From NCBI GenBank assembly GCA_049421205.1, contig JBMSMQ010000003.1, forward strand, positions 1 through 62,153: a stretch of 62,153 nt of DNA, written 5' to 3'. The notes under the pieces were generated by a model, which saw nothing but the letters and a program-made list of their open reading frames with translations, was not told where the DNA came from and made no database searches. A program made the translations under genes and the position numbers. Shown here piece after piece: positions 31,721 through 42,823 of this stretch; positions within the stretch are counted from its first letter, which is position 1; each line of letters opens with the position of its first letter. Origin of the DNA: Candidatus Nanopelagicales bacterium (GTDB lineage Bacteria > Actinomycetota > Actinomycetes > S36-B12 > UBA5976).

Positions 31721-33199
31721 AGCAGCCGCAGCAACATTCTCTGATCTGAAATTAAGCAGGAATTCAAGAACTTGAATCGCTGACCACCCTTTGTGGTGAA
31801 TTTCAATCATTCGACTTGGTCCTGCAAGATCACTACCGAGTGTTAAAAGTGGCTTTTCTTCAAATCCATCAGGTCGAACCTGCCCAATGCCAACAGTCGC
31901 CATGAGGCCGTTACATAAACATTTTCGATTCAATGCATCATCCTCATCGCCACCTTTTGATACGTAGGCATCAATCGGTTCTGCAGCACAGCGATATCCA
32001 AGAGTTCCAGGCTCTCGTTCGAATGCAGTTCGGAGATATCCCATGTCGCAAAGGCGTGGACGCGCTCTAAATACCTCATCTTCGGCAACTGTTTGATGAA
32101 TGCCAGCCACTTTAAATGGGAAGCCTGTGGGTGAAGCCTGAGCGTCTGTTTTTACCTTCAGAACTGCATCTAGAAGGTTGGAGAGCAGTTGATCTTTCAG
32201 ATGTCGAAGAATTCCTGATTCGTCACTGAGAGCAAAAAGTGATCCCACTTGCACACCACACGCACCAACACTGTGTGCTTCAAGAACTTTTTCTGGAGTT
32301 GAATATCCGCCAGCCATCCAAAATGGCAACCCAACAGCACGCAGTTTTTCGTAATCGACATCGTCGCGTGGCCCATAAATAGGTTCACCCTCTTGGTTGT
32401 ATTCAACTTTTCCACGAGGTGGAGCATTGTGTCCGCCTGCGTCAGGACGCTCTACCACAAACCCATCTGGACACGTTGCTTCATCCTTCGATAAATACAT
32501 CGCAAGTACGTGATTGGTGACAATTGCTAAAAAGAAAGGTCGATGAAGCGGGCCATTCTTTTTGAATTCAAAGTTATTTGGATCAAGTGTCATCTGATAT
32601 CGAATTGTTGCTCCAGCAACATCAATATTGAGGCTTGATGCTTCGTGTTTTGAAAGATGGTTGAGCACACGTGGAATTTCAGTAGGAATACCCGCACCCA
32701 TCAGCACAGCATCTACGCCAGCAAGCATAGCTCCATATAAAGTGCCAAGAGTTGATAGTTGAATTTTCTCTAAAAGATTAATTCCTACCAGTCCGGTGTG
32801 ATTCTCTTTCGCAAGCCATGTTTCAACGAAGGCTGAAGCGATAACAAGTTCCCAAGTTGCGAGATTAGGTTCAAGGGATAATTTCGCTGTTGGTCGAAAT
32901 GTTGGATTTTCATTTCTGCCTTTTTCGCGAAAATACTTCTTGACGATATCTGCAGCGATTCGTTGATCGGGAAATTCCTTAAGCGCTCTTCGCACGTCAC
33001 CGGTTTCATCACCGCTTTGAAGGCGGCGCGCGATGACTTGATCAAGTCCAGTGCCAGAAACGACACCAAGTTCACCCGCTTGAGATACTGCTTTGGCAAG
33101 TTCGTAGGAAGAAACAGCAACACCCATTCCACCTTGTATGACAATCGGCGTCCGATTGCTAATCGGGGAGACAAGTGTGCTGACTTGTGGGAACTTCAC
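31700..33199 (-). CDS. Nitronate monooxygenase family FMN oxidoreductase (long form)
   Basis: IQGGMGVAVS, MGAGIP, AGGHNAP, AGG, QVGS. Confidence 0.85.
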   Translation of the reverse strand: MKFPQVSTLVSPISNRTPIVIQGGMGVAVSSYELAKAVSQAGELGVVSGTGLDQVIARRLQSGDETGDVRRALKEFPDQRIAADIVKKYFREKGRNENPTFRPTAKLSLEPNLATWELVIASAFVETWLAKENHTGLVGINLLEKIQLSTLGTLYGAMLAGVDAVLMGAGIPTEIPRVLNHLSKHEASSLNIDVAGATIRYQMTLDPNNFEFKKNGPLHRPFFLAIVTNHVLAMYLSKDEATCPDGFVVERPDAGGHNAPPRGKVEYNQEGEPIYGPRDDVDYEKLRAVGLPFWMAGGYSTPEKVLEAHSVGACGVQVGSLFALSDESGILRHLKDQLLSNLLDAVLKVKTDAQASPTGFPFKVAGIHQTVAEDEVFRARPRLCDMGYLRTAFEREPGTLGYRCAAEPIDAYVSKGGDEDDALNRKCLCNGLMATVGIGQVRPDGFEEKPLLTLGSDLAGPSRMIEIHHKGWSAIQVLEFLLNFRSENVAAAASFAQSV

Positions 33200-33233
33200 G
33201 CTCGCATTCTATATCTAAGTTACGCTTTAGTAG

Positions 33234-33249
33234 GTTACCAAACCGTAAC
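33234..33249. promoter_or_regulatory. GlnR/MtrA-like site upstream of the nitronate monooxygenase gene
   Basis: GTTAC-CAAACC-GTAAC, with another GTTAC at 33219-33223. Confidence 0.45.
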
Positions 33250-33259
33250 ATTCTGATAA

Positions 33260-33285
33260 AGAAAGCCTCCCGAAGGAGGCTTTCT
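33260..33285 (-). terminator. glnA terminator
   Basis: Minus strand AGAAAGCCTCC-TTCG-GGAGGCTTTCT-TT, cUUCGg tetraloop. Confidence 0.9.
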
Positions 33286-33303
33286 GGAGGTGGTGGGACG
33301 GAT

Positions 33304-34752
33304 CTAGAGGTCGTAGTAGAGCTCAAATTCAGCAGGGTGCGGACGAAGCCGAACGTAATCCACCTCGGCACTTCGTTTGTAATCAAGCCAGGTCTCAATG
33401 AGGTCAGTCGTGAAGACGGAGCCTTCTGTGAGATAGTCATGATCCTTTTCAAGCGCATCAAGCACTGCTGGGAGGCTGTCTGGAACTTGTGGAATGGCCT
33501 TTGCTTCTTCTGCAGGCAACTCATAGAGATCCTTGTCGACAGGTGCGGGTGGTTCGATTTTGTTCTTGATTCCATCAATTCCTGCCATCAACATCGCAGC
33601 AAAAGCAAGGTACGGATTTGCGGACGGATCTGGCACACGGAATTCAATGCGCTTGGCTTTAGGGTTCGAACCCGTTACTGGTATTCGAATACACGCGGAA
33701 CGATTTCTGGCAGAGTAGACCAAGTTCACAGGCGCTTCATACCCTGGCACTAATCGGTGATAGGAGTTCATCGTTGGGTTCGTGAACGCCAATAATGATG
33801 GGGCATGATGGAGCAAACCACCGATATACCAGCGGGCAAGATCTGAAAGCCCACCGTAGCCTGACTCATCAAAGAACAGTGGCTTTCCGTCTTTCCACAA
33901 TGATTGGTGGCAGTGCATGCCTGAACCGTTATCTTGGAAAAGCGGTTTCGGCATAAAGGTTGCAGTCTTACCCTCAACCCAAGCAGTGTTTTTGATGATG
34001 TACTTGAACAGCATCACTTCATCAGCGGCGTGCAACAAGCTGTTGAATGCGTAGTTGATTTCCATTTGACCAGCTGTTCCAACTTCGTGATGGGCTCTTT
34101 CGACTTCTAAACCAACTTGAGTCAAATTCAGCACCATACGATCGCGCAAATCAGCAAATTGATCTGATGGTGATACTGGGAAATATCCACCTTTCAAGCG
34201 AGTTTTGTAACCACGATTCGGCGTACCGTCATCCTCAAAATCAATTCCTGTATTCCACGCACCTTCAATTGAATCAACTGCGTAGAACCCGGTGTTTACA
34301 GATGTTTTGAACTTCACAGAGTCGAAAATGTAAAACTCGGCTTCAGGTCCGAAAAATATTGTGTCAGCAATACCAGTCGATTTCAGGTATGCCTCTGCCT
34401 TCGCGGCAACACCGCGCGGATCTCTACTGTAAGGGGCTAGGGTGTAGGGATCAACAACTGAAAAATTCATAACTAATGTTTTTTCAATTCGAAACGGATC
34501 TAAGTATGCTGAAGCAACATCGGGGATAAGTTTCATGTCAGATTCATTGATAGCCTGAAAACCCCGAACGGAGGAGCCATCAAACAGGAGGCCATCATTA
34601 AAAACACTTTCGCCGAATGATGCTGCTGGAACATTGAAGTGTTGCATAACGCCTGGCACATCACAAAATCGAACGTCAACGAAGACGACGTTCTCTTTTT
34701 TGATGAACTCAAGCACTTGGGAAGCAGTTGTAAACATAGGTGAACGAGACAT
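33304..34752 (-). CDS. glnA: Glutamine synthetase type I-beta
   Basis: [33 protein letters not shown], adenylylation motif DKDLY; SD AGGA before ATG 34752. Confidence 0.97.
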   Translation of the reverse strand: MSRSPMFTTASQVLEFIKKENVVFVDVRFCDVPGVMQHFNVPAASFGESVFNDGLLFDGSSVRGFQAINESDMKLIPDVASAYLDPFRIEKTLVMNFSVVDPYTLAPYSRDPRGVAAKAEAYLKSTGIADTIFFGPEAEFYIFDSVKFKTSVNTGFYAVDSIEGAWNTGIDFEDDGTPNRGYKTRLKGGYFPVSPSDQFADLRDRMVLNLTQVGLEVERAHHEVGTAGQMEINYAFNSLLHAADEVMLFKYIIKNTAWVEGKTATFMPKPLFQDNGSGMHCHQSLWKDGKPLFFDESGYGGLSDLARWYIGGLLHHAPSLLAFTNPTMNSYHRLVPGYEAPVNLVYSARNRSACIRIPVTGSNPKAKRIEFRVPDPSANPYLAFAAMLMAGIDGIKNKIEPPAPVDKDLYELPAEEAKAIPQVPDSLPAVLDALEKDHDYLTEGSVFTTDLIETWLDYKRSAEVDYVRLRPHPAEFELYYDL

Positions 34753-34800
34753 ATATTTCCTTTGCTGTTGGATGGGGAAAATGTAGGGGTAAGGCATTGC

Positions 34801-34833
34801 AGAATAGTGTCTGAAATGTTTCGGCAGTGTTAC
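34801..34833 (-). promoter_or_regulatory. GlnR box and -10 element of glnA
   Basis: Minus strand GTAAC-ACTGCC-GAAAC-ATTTCA-GACAC-TATTCT; fits gTnAc-n6-GaAAc, with a third half-site in phase. Confidence 0.85.
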
Positions 34834-34897
34834 AACTTGCACCAATAGGCATCTCTAGATTGAGCCTGACAAGCGAATCTTGCCAAAATCCCAACTC

Positions 34898-35566
34898 TTA
34901 TCGACGTGGAATCTTGAGATTCTTGGGGATAGGCCCTTTGGGGATAGGCAAAGAACCACCGGCCGCCGCGTCAAGTTTACGTCGAAGTTCAGTTACTTCT
35001 GCGGGACGCAAAACCTTTGGAAGTTTTTTTACGTACCGCGTGAGTTTTGCTAAAGGAACTTGTCCTTCATTATTTCCCACCCAAATTTCACGAATTGGTG
35101 TTTCGCCAACCCAACGAGCAGTCTTTGATTTTGCAACTGATGCAATTTGACTGCCGGGATTTGCCTCGATGATGAGCATTACACCAGGTCGACCCACAAG
35201 TCGATGAACAACTTCCTGTTGTTTGTTCACCTCTACCGCCATGGTTGTGAACCAGCCACCACGCATTGTCATCAATACTTGTGCAGCGGCACCAGGTTGA
35301 CCTTCAATTGTTTTGTAGGCTGCAAGTTCAGCTCGTCTTCCGAATACGTAGAGAGTTGCAAGTAATCCCCATGCCCATGACGTCACACTAAGTGTGATCC
35401 AAAGTCCACCTAGCAAAGTTCCGACACCGACGAATGTGCCAGTGACAACGATAAAGACAAGTGGCAATATAAATCGAATACTCGGATCGACTGGACGAGT
35501 CATTCGATACGACTCGGCGATTTGACTTATCCACTGAGGTTTACGGAAACGTTTTGCCATTGGCAC
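34898..35566 (-). CDS. DUF4191 membrane protein
   Basis: Two TM segments, EGQPGAA, VHRLVGRPGV, GQVPLAKL, PKGPIP; between lipA and glnA. Confidence 0.9.
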   Translation of the reverse strand: MPMAKRFRKPQWISQIAESYRMTRPVDPSIRFILPLVFIVVTGTFVGVGTLLGGLWITLSVTSWAWGLLATLYVFGRRAELAAYKTIEGQPGAAAQVLMTMRGGWFTTMAVEVNKQQEVVHRLVGRPGVMLIIEANPGSQIASVAKSKTARWVGETPIREIWVGNNEGQVPLAKLTRYVKKLPKVLRPAEVTELRRKLDAAAGGSLPIPKGPIPKNLKIPRR

Positions 35567-35578
35567 AGGCTAATCTAT

Positions 35579-36523
35579 TTACTTCAACACGGTGATAGCG
35601 GTATTTTCGCCTCGACTTCGAGCCTCTAGTGCTTGCCTATGTAATCTGCCTGCTCGGTAGGAAGAACGGACTAGCGGGCCAGACATCACGCCTGCAAATC
35701 CTGTTGATTGGGCAAAGTCGGCAAGTGCAACAAATTCTTCAGGTTTTACCCAACGTTCAACTGGATGATGTCGCGGTGTCGGTCGCAAATATTGAGTGAT
35801 CGTGAGAAGTTCACATCCAGCATTAAACAAATCGACAATAGCTTGATGAACTTCTTCAATTTCTTCTCCCATACCTAAGATGAGGTTTGACTTAGTAACT
35901 AATCCAAAAGCCCGTGCTTGTGAGATGACATCCAGCGATCTTTCGTAACGAAAGGCGGGACGAATACGTTTGAAAATGCGAGGCACCGTTTCGACGTTAT
36001 GTGCAAGAACTTCAGGTTGGGCATCAAACACAACATTGAGAAGATCAGGATTTCCACTGAAATCTGGGATTAACAATTCAACTCCACACCCAGGTACGCG
36101 TTCGTGAATTGCTCGCACAGTTTCTGCATACAGCCATGTGCCTTCGTCATCCAAATCATCGCGGGCCACACCAGTCACAGTTGCGTATTTCAATCCCATT
36201 TCAAAAACAGAATCAGCAACGCGACGTGGCTCATCTCGATCGAGTGGCTGCGGTTTACCTGTATCAATTTGGCAAAAGTCGCAACGACGTGTGCACTGCG
36301 ATCCTCCAATGAGGAATGTTGCTTCTTTATCTTCCCAACATTCGTAGATGTTTGGACACCCAGCCTCCTGGCAGACGGTGTGAAGTTTTTTGTCGGTTAC
36401 TCGTCGTTGAATTTCTAAGAATTCTGGACCGGTTTTAATGCGAGTCTTTATCCATTCGGGTTTTCGTTCAATTGGAACTTCAGCGTTACGTGCCTCTATC
36501 CGAATGAGTTTTCGCTCGGTCAT
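35579..36523 (-). CDS. lipA: Lipoyl synthase
   Basis: [24 protein letters not shown]. Confidence 0.98.
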   Translation of the reverse strand: MTERKLIRIEARNAEVPIERKPEWIKTRIKTGPEFLEIQRRVTDKKLHTVCQEAGCPNIYECWEDKEATFLIGGSQCTRRCDFCQIDTGKPQPLDRDEPRRVADSVFEMGLKYATVTGVARDDLDDEGTWLYAETVRAIHERVPGCGVELLIPDFSGNPDLLNVVFDAQPEVLAHNVETVPRIFKRIRPAFRYERSLDVISQARAFGLVTKSNLILGMGEEIEEVHQAIVDLFNAGCELLTITQYLRPTPRHHPVERWVKPEEFVALADFAQSTGFAGVMSGPLVRSSYRAGRLHRQALEARSRGENTAITVLK

Positions 36524-37152
36524 AGGGCAAAGTCTAGGAGTCGCGGTTTCAAGTCGCTTAGGACAATGTCGAGAACATCATCGATATCAACTTTTTGTCC
36601 AGTTTCGTTACTGATACTCGTCACCCCAGCATCGGGTATGCCACATGGAACTATGCGCTCGAACCAAGAAAGATCGCTCGAGCAATTCAATGCAAACCCA
36701 TGCATCGTGACCCCTCGAGCGACTCGCACACCAATCGCAGCAATCTTGTCACCAGAATCAGATTTTGGAACCCACACTCCAGTTCGATCAGGCACCCGTG
36801 TCGTTGTGATTGAAAATTCACGACAGGTTGCCATAAGTGAATCTTCAAGCAGGTGCACATATGCCATCACATCGACGGGTTGAGGCAGGCGAATGAGTGG
36901 ATAGCCAACCAACTGTCCAGGACCATGCCAGGTGATTCGACCTCCACGGTCTACTTCAATGACCTTTGAACCATCCCACGGGCGGTCCTCGGGCTGGGTT
37001 CTCTTGCCCGCGGTGAAGACTGGTGGATGTTCAACGAGGATGAGCGTGTTCGTCCCCCCTTGCACAACTTCTTCGTGGATCGTGCGCTGCAGCTGCCAAG
37101 CCTCCTCATAGTCGGTGAGTTGGCCGAGCAGATTTATGATACGAAGTTCCAT
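36520..37152 (-). CDS. lipB: Octanoyltransferase
   Basis: [34 protein letters not shown]. Confidence 0.97.
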   Translation of the reverse strand: MELRIINLLGQLTDYEEAWQLQRTIHEEVVQGGTNTLILVEHPPVFTAGKRTQPEDRPWDGSKVIEVDRGGRITWHGPGQLVGYPLIRLPQPVDVMAYVHLLEDSLMATCREFSITTTRVPDRTGVWVPKSDSGDKIAAIGVRVARGVTMHGFALNCSSDLSWFERIVPCGIPDAGVTSISNETGQKVDIDDVLDIVLSDLKPRLLDFAL

Positions 37153-37236
37153 AGAAAGCCAAGCCTACGACCGCCGAATCGCGTCAGCCATTCCTGTGGG
37201 CTAGCCTTGGACGAGTTTTGAAACGATTGAGGAAAT

Positions 37237-39414
37237 ATGTCTGAGGCACAACGTCGCCCAAAATTCTTTGTAGTAGCACTTCTCGTAGTAATCGCATGGT
37301 TCGGCATCGGTGGTGTCACTGGGCCGCTTTCCGGGCAGTTATCGGATGTGCAGACCAATAGCAATGCCGAGTTTCTCCCTGAAAACAGTGAAACCACAGC
37401 TGCGTCTGTGAAGTTGGAGAAATTCGCAAGTTCAGGTGCTGCGGAAGTCGTACCTATGACGATTGTGTTTGAGCGAACCAATGGGTCTTTTAGCGAAACG
37501 GACTATCCAGCATTTCAGTCAATCATCCAAGAGGTCATTGCTATTGATGTAATAGAACAGTATTTGGCATATGTTGAAGTCAATGGCGTGCAAGTTCCGA
37601 ATGTATTTCCGGCAACTCCTGAGCAGTTTGCACTTGCGATGAGTAGTGATGGTAAAGCGTTCGTCCTCAACATCAATCTTGATTCAAATAAGCTTCTCAA
37701 CTCTCAGGGTAGTTTTCAGGTAATCGGTGGGATTGTTGACGACGTTCAAGCAATTGTTGATGCTCCCTTCAGTGATGCAAGTGGGTATGTAACAGGTGCT
37801 ATTGGCATTTTTTCTGAGTTTGCAAAAGCATTTGCGGGTATAGATGAGAGACTGCTTCTCACAACCCTTCTGGTTGTAACAATCATTCTGATTGTTGTGT
37901 ATCGAAGCCCAATCCTATGGATTATTCCGCTCATTTCTGCGATATTTTCACTCTCTGCCGCAAGCGGTTTGGTGTATTACTTGGCACTCAATGACATCAT
38001 TAAGTTGAATGGTCAAAGTCAGGGAATTTTGTTTGTACTTGTGATTGGTGCTGCAACCGATTATGCACTTTTGTTGATCAGTCGATATCGCGAAGAACTT
38101 CGTCACGATGACAACAAATATCACGCAATGATTGTTGCTTGGAAAGGTTCTTGGGAGCCGATTGCGGCGAGTGCAGGAACAGTGATTGCTGGTCTTCTGT
38201 GCTTACAACTTTCAGAATTACGAAGTAATGCAGGACTTGGGCCAGTTGGCGCACTTGGTATTGGGGCTTCGTTGGTAGTTTCGCTGACCTTCTTGCCAGC
38301 GATTTTGGTGTTACTTGGCCGAAAAGTTTTTTGGCCATTCATTCCACATTTCGGTTCTGAAGTTGCTGAAATTCGAGGCATCTGGGGTCGAGTTGCTCGA
38401 TTTGTTGGACGAAAGCCTCGAGGTTCATGGATTGTTTCAACATTAGTTTTGCTCGCGATGGCTTTTGGCCTTACACAATTAAAGGCGGAAGGTGTTTCCG
38501 ACGTTGAAGTATTCACCAATCAGGATGCCAAGCCACTTATTGGTCTTCGAGTGTTGGAAAAGCACAATCTTGTTCCACCGTCAGTTGATGCAACGATTGT
38601 GCTGAATGCGGAGTATTTGGAGGATGTCACACTGGCTGCATCCAACACTGATGGGGTAGTAGCGGCAACGCCACGGACCTCATTCACCGATGCGGGTCCT
38701 GTCACCACGATTGTGGATGGATTAGCGGCAATTGACATCACGTTCCAAGCAGTTGAGGAATCGAGTCGACAACAGCTCTTCATCGAGGAGTTACGAAGTG
38801 CTGTCAAAGAAGTTGATGGCGCAGAAGCGCTTGTGGGCGGTAACGCCGCTGCGAATTACGATGTGCAGCAGTCATCTCGTCGAGATCGGGTTGTCATTAT
38901 TCCGATTATCCTCGCTGTGATCACCTTGATATTGATGCTGTTACTTCGATCGATACTTGCACCAATAATGTTGCTTGCAACCGTGGTGTTGTCATTTGGT
39001 GCAGCACTTGGTGCAAGCGCATATGTGTTCAATTATCTCTTTGACTTCCCTGGGGCAGATTCATCCTTCCCGCTCTTTGCCTTTGTGTTTCTCGTGGCGT
39101 TGGGAATTGATTACAACATCTTCTTGATGACGAGAGTTCGTGAAGAATCGATTAAGTTAGGAACTAAAGAGGGAGTAATCAAAGCCCTTGCAGTCACGGG
39201 TGGTGTGATTACAAGTGCAGGTATTGTGCTAGCCGCTACATTTGCAGTGCTCGGCGTGCTGCCATTGGTATTCCTTGCGCAACTTGGTTTCGCTGTCGCA
39301 TTTGGTGTCTTACTTGACACGCTCCTGGTGCGTTCAGTGTTGGTGCCTGCCTTGTCACTTGAGATTGGCAAGAAGATTTGGTGGCCAAGCAAATTGGCAA
39401 AAGAAGCTGACTAA
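37237..39414 (+). CDS. MMPL/RND-family transporter
   Basis: Duplicated TM bundles with ATDYALLLISRYREE and GIDYNIFLMTRVREE. Confidence 0.93.
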   Translation: MSEAQRRPKFFVVALLVVIAWFGIGGVTGPLSGQLSDVQTNSNAEFLPENSETTAASVKLEKFASSGAAEVVPMTIVFERTNGSFSETDYPAFQSIIQEVIAIDVIEQYLAYVEVNGVQVPNVFPATPEQFALAMSSDGKAFVLNINLDSNKLLNSQGSFQVIGGIVDDVQAIVDAPFSDASGYVTGAIGIFSEFAKAFAGIDERLLLTTLLVVTIILIVVYRSPILWIIPLISAIFSLSAASGLVYYLALNDIIKLNGQSQGILFVLVIGAATDYALLLISRYREELRHDDNKYHAMIVAWKGSWEPIAASAGTVIAGLLCLQLSELRSNAGLGPVGALGIGASLVVSLTFLPAILVLLGRKVFWPFIPHFGSEVAEIRGIWGRVARFVGRKPRGSWIVSTLVLLAMAFGLTQLKAEGVSDVEVFTNQDAKPLIGLRVLEKHNLVPPSVDATIVLNAEYLEDVTLAASNTDGVVAATPRTSFTDAGPVTTIVDGLAAIDITFQAVEESSRQQLFIEELRSAVKEVDGAEALVGGNAAANYDVQQSSRRDRVVIIPIILAVITLILMLLLRSILAPIMLLATVVLSFGAALGASAYVFNYLFDFPGADSSFPLFAFVFLVALGIDYNIFLMTRVREESIKLGTKEGVIKALAVTGGVITSAGIVLAATFAVLGVLPLVFLAQLGFAVAFGVLLDTLLVRSVLVPALSLEIGKKIWWPSKLAKEAD

Positions 39415-40127
39415 ATCAGTCCAAGTGGGAGTGGAGTTTCAATAACGTCTGCTCCCACTTTTTCAACCCGGTATGCCTTCGCGTTAAGTTCTGGCATATC
39501 AGAAATCACTTCGTAAGGTTCACCATCACGATAGAGCAACCCAACCCGGTCATCTGTCGCGTATGATGTTGGAAGAGTGCCTTCCTTGACAAGTTGTTGT
39601 AGCAGAGGACGACGTTGTGCCTCAGAGTCGTAATGCACACCATTTCCATACTCAATGAGACCCATTCCATTTGTCACAACTTGTAATGTTGGTCCAAATG
39701 AATCTGTGGGTCCTCCAATGTGCCAACATATAGACCCTGCGCTCACACCTCCGAGCACCGTTCCATTGGAATAGGCCTCACGAATCGCATCATCAACTCT
39801 ATGGAGTTTCCAAAGTGCAAGTAGATTTGCAACTGAGCCTCCACCAACCCAAATGAGATCTGCACGATGTACAACTTTTTCAACGTCATCAGTTGGTTGA
39901 GTGAAGAGCGACAAATGCTCAACATCAGAATGCAGTCCTTGGACTGCTTGATAGCTTCGGGTGAGATATGAAGCATCATCTCCGCTTGCTGTCATAATGA
40001 ACAAAATCCGTGGTCGCTCTTTACCCGTGAGTTGAAGTGCACGAAGAAATGTGTTTCCTGGTTTTGAAACATTGAAGCGGCCAGTTGGGATAAAACCACC
40101 AGAAGTTGCCATTATGTAGCCTGTCAT
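39411..40127 (-). CDS. S51-family peptidase (peptidase E-like)
   Basis: TASGD, WVGGGS, GVSAGSICW, GVHYD; TAATG coupling with the upstream gene. Confidence 0.88.
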   Translation of the reverse strand: MTGYIMATSGGFIPTGRFNVSKPGNTFLRALQLTGKERPRILFIMTASGDDASYLTRSYQAVQGLHSDVEHLSLFTQPTDDVEKVVHRADLIWVGGGSVANLLALWKLHRVDDAIREAYSNGTVLGGVSAGSICWHIGGPTDSFGPTLQVVTNGMGLIEYGNGVHYDSEAQRRPLLQQLVKEGTLPTSYATDDRVGLLYRDGEPYEVISDMPELNAKAYRVEKVGADVIETPLPLGLI

Positions 40128-41353
40128 TATGCCTTCCCTATGTCGTTGAGTAGTAATTCTGCAGCTCGAACACCACTTGCCATCGCACCTTCGATCGAAG
40201 TGTTGTAGGTCCAATCTCCCGCAAGATACATATCGTCAGTAAGTTTATGTGGAATTGAGGGAATAGAAGACGTATTCAATGCATATGGCACATGAATGAC
40301 GTCTATGCATTCCCAGTCAGTTGTATCGATTGCATATAAACGCGATAGATGCTTTCGAACAAGCTGTTCCATTTCCCCGGAACTATCCGTTGAAAGAGTA
40401 GAGCTCGAAATCAGGTGTTTACCGCGAGGGGAATATGTCGACGACACATGAGACAGTGGGACTGTGTTGATAACTGGACCACGACTACTATCGGAATCAA
40501 CCCGGAGTAGTCCTCGACCCGCTGACAAACTATTCCTTGCACAATCTGTGGTGTGATACCAAGTCGTGACATAATGAAAATCTGGAGTTTTGAGATTGAA
40601 GTGTTGTTTCAGAAACTTCGAATCTGTCGCAACGATGATTTTGTCGAATGTTTCAGACCTTTCGGGCGTCAGTAGTACATTGCCTTCCAGTTTCTCGACA
40701 GGCGTTTGTAGGCGGATATCTGTCAAAGTCAAAGAATGAGCAAGAGAGAGGGGAATACCCCCCATCCCATATAGAGGGAGTGTGGGCTTTCCTAAGAGAA
40801 AGTAGCGAAGTACAAAATCAAGAAAACTCTTCGAGCTCGATAATGAATTATTAAGAAATACCCCCTGCAAAAATGGATTGAGTATTTGCCAAATAAACGA
40901 TTCACTCATCCCGGCTTGACTCAGTGCTTGATAGGCAGTTTCGTCAGATTCAAGTTCATCAACATTTGGGCGTGAAAGTGCGTACATTCCAAATCTCAGC
41001 ATATCTGCGAGAAAGATCCTTGTGGTGAGAAGTTTGGGAATGAGATCTGGACTTCTCAGTGGATTTGCCAGTACAAAATCTTTGTCATTCAGTAATACTG
41101 AAACACCCGCATCGAAGCTTCGAAGCCCAAGTTCTTTATAGTTAAGCAATTTCCGTGCGGTTGGATATGCAGGATTGAATACTTGAAAGCCTTCATCCAA
41201 AATGAAGCCGTCACGTTTTTTACTTCGCACTCTTCCGCCGACGGAATCCGCAGATTCAAACAAGGTGACCTCAATTGAAGCTTCATTCAACACTTTTGCG
41301 GCGGATAAACCAGCAAGTCCCGCTCCAATGATTGCTATTTTTGGATTTGTCAC
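40127..41353 (-). CDS. FAD-dependent oxidoreductase (amine/protoporphyrinogen oxidase superfamily)
   Basis: IIGAGLAGL, GGRVRS, LDEGFQV, LAGDW...SIEGAMASG. Confidence 0.88.
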   Translation of the reverse strand: MTNPKIAIIGAGLAGLSAAKVLNEASIEVTLFESADSVGGRVRSKKRDGFILDEGFQVFNPAYPTARKLLNYKELGLRSFDAGVSVLLNDKDFVLANPLRSPDLIPKLLTTRIFLADMLRFGMYALSRPNVDELESDETAYQALSQAGMSESFIWQILNPFLQGVFLNNSLSSSKSFLDFVLRYFLLGKPTLPLYGMGGIPLSLAHSLTLTDIRLQTPVEKLEGNVLLTPERSETFDKIIVATDSKFLKQHFNLKTPDFHYVTTWYHTTDCARNSLSAGRGLLRVDSDSSRGPVINTVPLSHVSSTYSPRGKHLISSSTLSTDSSGEMEQLVRKHLSRLYAIDTTDWECIDVIHVPYALNTSSIPSIPHKLTDDMYLAGDWTYNTSIEGAMASGVRAAELLLNDIGKA

Positions 41354-41424
41354 TATCACAATCTACTCACAGCGTAAGGAATTCCATATCGGTGTGAGAT
41401 CGCTATAACCTAAAGTTCTCGATA

Positions 41425-41985
41425 GTGACTCGCTTGCAAACCCTTCAGAGGAAAACTCGAATACAACGCTGGAAATATGTCATCGCTGCTGTGCTCATAG
41501 CACTGGCTGGCATTGGCGTCACACTTTCAAACCCTTCACATTCAATGCCTGCCGTCACACAATTGATTGAAGATTCTGCTGTCCCTCTTTCATCAACGCC
41601 CGCATCACAAACACCAGGCATCGATTACTTTTCCGTCATTTTGGCGCTAGATGAACTTCGCAATGAGGCTTTTCGAAGTCGTAACTTCGATGCGCTTTTA
41701 ATGGTAAGTGCTCAAAATTCGCCTCAATTACTCCGTGATCAAAAGATTCTGAAGCGAATCATCGAAGAGAATCTCGCAGTTGAGTTTGCACTTGTCACAC
41801 TTATCTCAGTTGAACCAATCTCTACATCATCATCTGATGAAGTCCTACTGAAAGTCAGAGACCAAAGAGAAAATCAAGAGCGATCTTGGAATGTAAAACT
41901 GATTCGGCAAAGCGATGGAAGGTGGCGATTTTTTGAAGTTACTTCAGTTCCGCTTTCAGTGCAGATAGAAAATCTTGATGAGTAA
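41425..41985 (+). CDS. Hypothetical single-TM protein with an extracytoplasmic alpha+beta domain
   Basis: Basic N-terminus, one TM, Ser/Pro linker, C-terminal GRWRFFEV; fills an otherwise empty gap. Confidence 0.7.
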   Translation: MTRLQTLQRKTRIQRWKYVIAAVLIALAGIGVTLSNPSHSMPAVTQLIEDSAVPLSSTPASQTPGIDYFSVILALDELRNEAFRSRNFDALLMVSAQNSPQLLRDQKILKRIIEENLAVEFALVTLISVEPISTSSSDEVLLKVRDQRENQERSWNVKLIRQSDGRWRFFEVTSVPLSVQIENLDE

Positions 41986-42823
41986 ATACAAATCCAGCAT
42001 CAGTTAAGCGCTCGGGAAGTACCTTTGAACTTGAGAGAATATCTGATGAAAATTCTCCAAGCACCAACTTCAGTGCAAGTGCTGGAACAGGCAAAAGTGC
42101 AGGCCTATGAAGAAATTTCGCAAGTACCTTTGTTACTTCGCGATTTCTCAGTGGGCGAGGGGCCGTGAGATTTACAGGACCTGAAAGTTTGGCGTGGAGG
42201 AGATATTCAATCGCTCGTATTTCATCTGTCATAGAAATATAGGACCAGTATTGTTTTCCAGAACCGATCGGACCTCCGAGTCCAAATTTGAAGATTGGCA
42301 GAATCTTTCCGAAAGCCCCGCCGTGTCGTGAAACGACAAGCCCAGTACGTAGGCATGTAACAATTACTCCAAACTTTTCTGCCCGCATTGCGTGTGATTC
42401 CCACGCTTCAACAACATCGGCGAGAAAGCCGGAACCTCGACTTGATCTTTCATTCAGATCTTCTTCGTCTCGATTACCGTAAATCCCAATAGCCGAGGCA
42501 TTAAGCAGCAAACTTGGCTTGTTAGATAGCTTTGAGATTGCATTTACTAAAGTATCAGTCGCAGAAATGCGAGAATCGAGAATTTCCGCCTTATAGGAGT
42601 CTGTCCAGCGCCTATCGCCAACACCTGCGCCTGAAAGATTGATAATTGCATCAAAGGTTGGATAAGACGACAGATCTAATGCTTCTCCTGGGTTCCAAGA
42701 GATTTCATTCAGATTCGAAGCGCTACGCCGTACGAGTGTGACAACCTCGTGTCCCTCTGAGCGAAGGTAGGGGACAAGCGCTTGACCAATGAGGCCAGAT
42801 GCACCACTTATGAGTATGCGCAT
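41939..42823 (-). CDS. TIGR01777 family oxidoreductase/epimerase
   Basis: SGASGLIG, INLSG, ASAIGIYG, GFLADVVEAWE. Confidence 0.93.
   Translation of the reverse strand: MRILISGASGLIGQALVPYLRSEGHEVVTLVRRSASNLNEISWNPGEALDLSSYPTFDAIINLSGAGVGDRRWTDSYKAEILDSRISATDTLVNAISKLSNKPSLLLNASAIGIYGNRDEEDLNERSSRGSGFLADVVEAWESHAMRAEKFGVIVTCLRTGLVVSRHGGAFGKILPIFKFGLGGPIGSGKQYWSYISMTDEIRAIEYLLHAKLSGPVNLTAPRPLRNREVTKVLAKFLHRPALLPVPALALKLVLGEFSSDILSSSKVLPERLTDAGFVFTHQDFLSALKAELK

Noticed and set aside
33159-33753. 188-aa and 139-aa ORFs over the glnA 3' end
   Set aside because: Antisense and alternate-frame shadows that cross a terminator.
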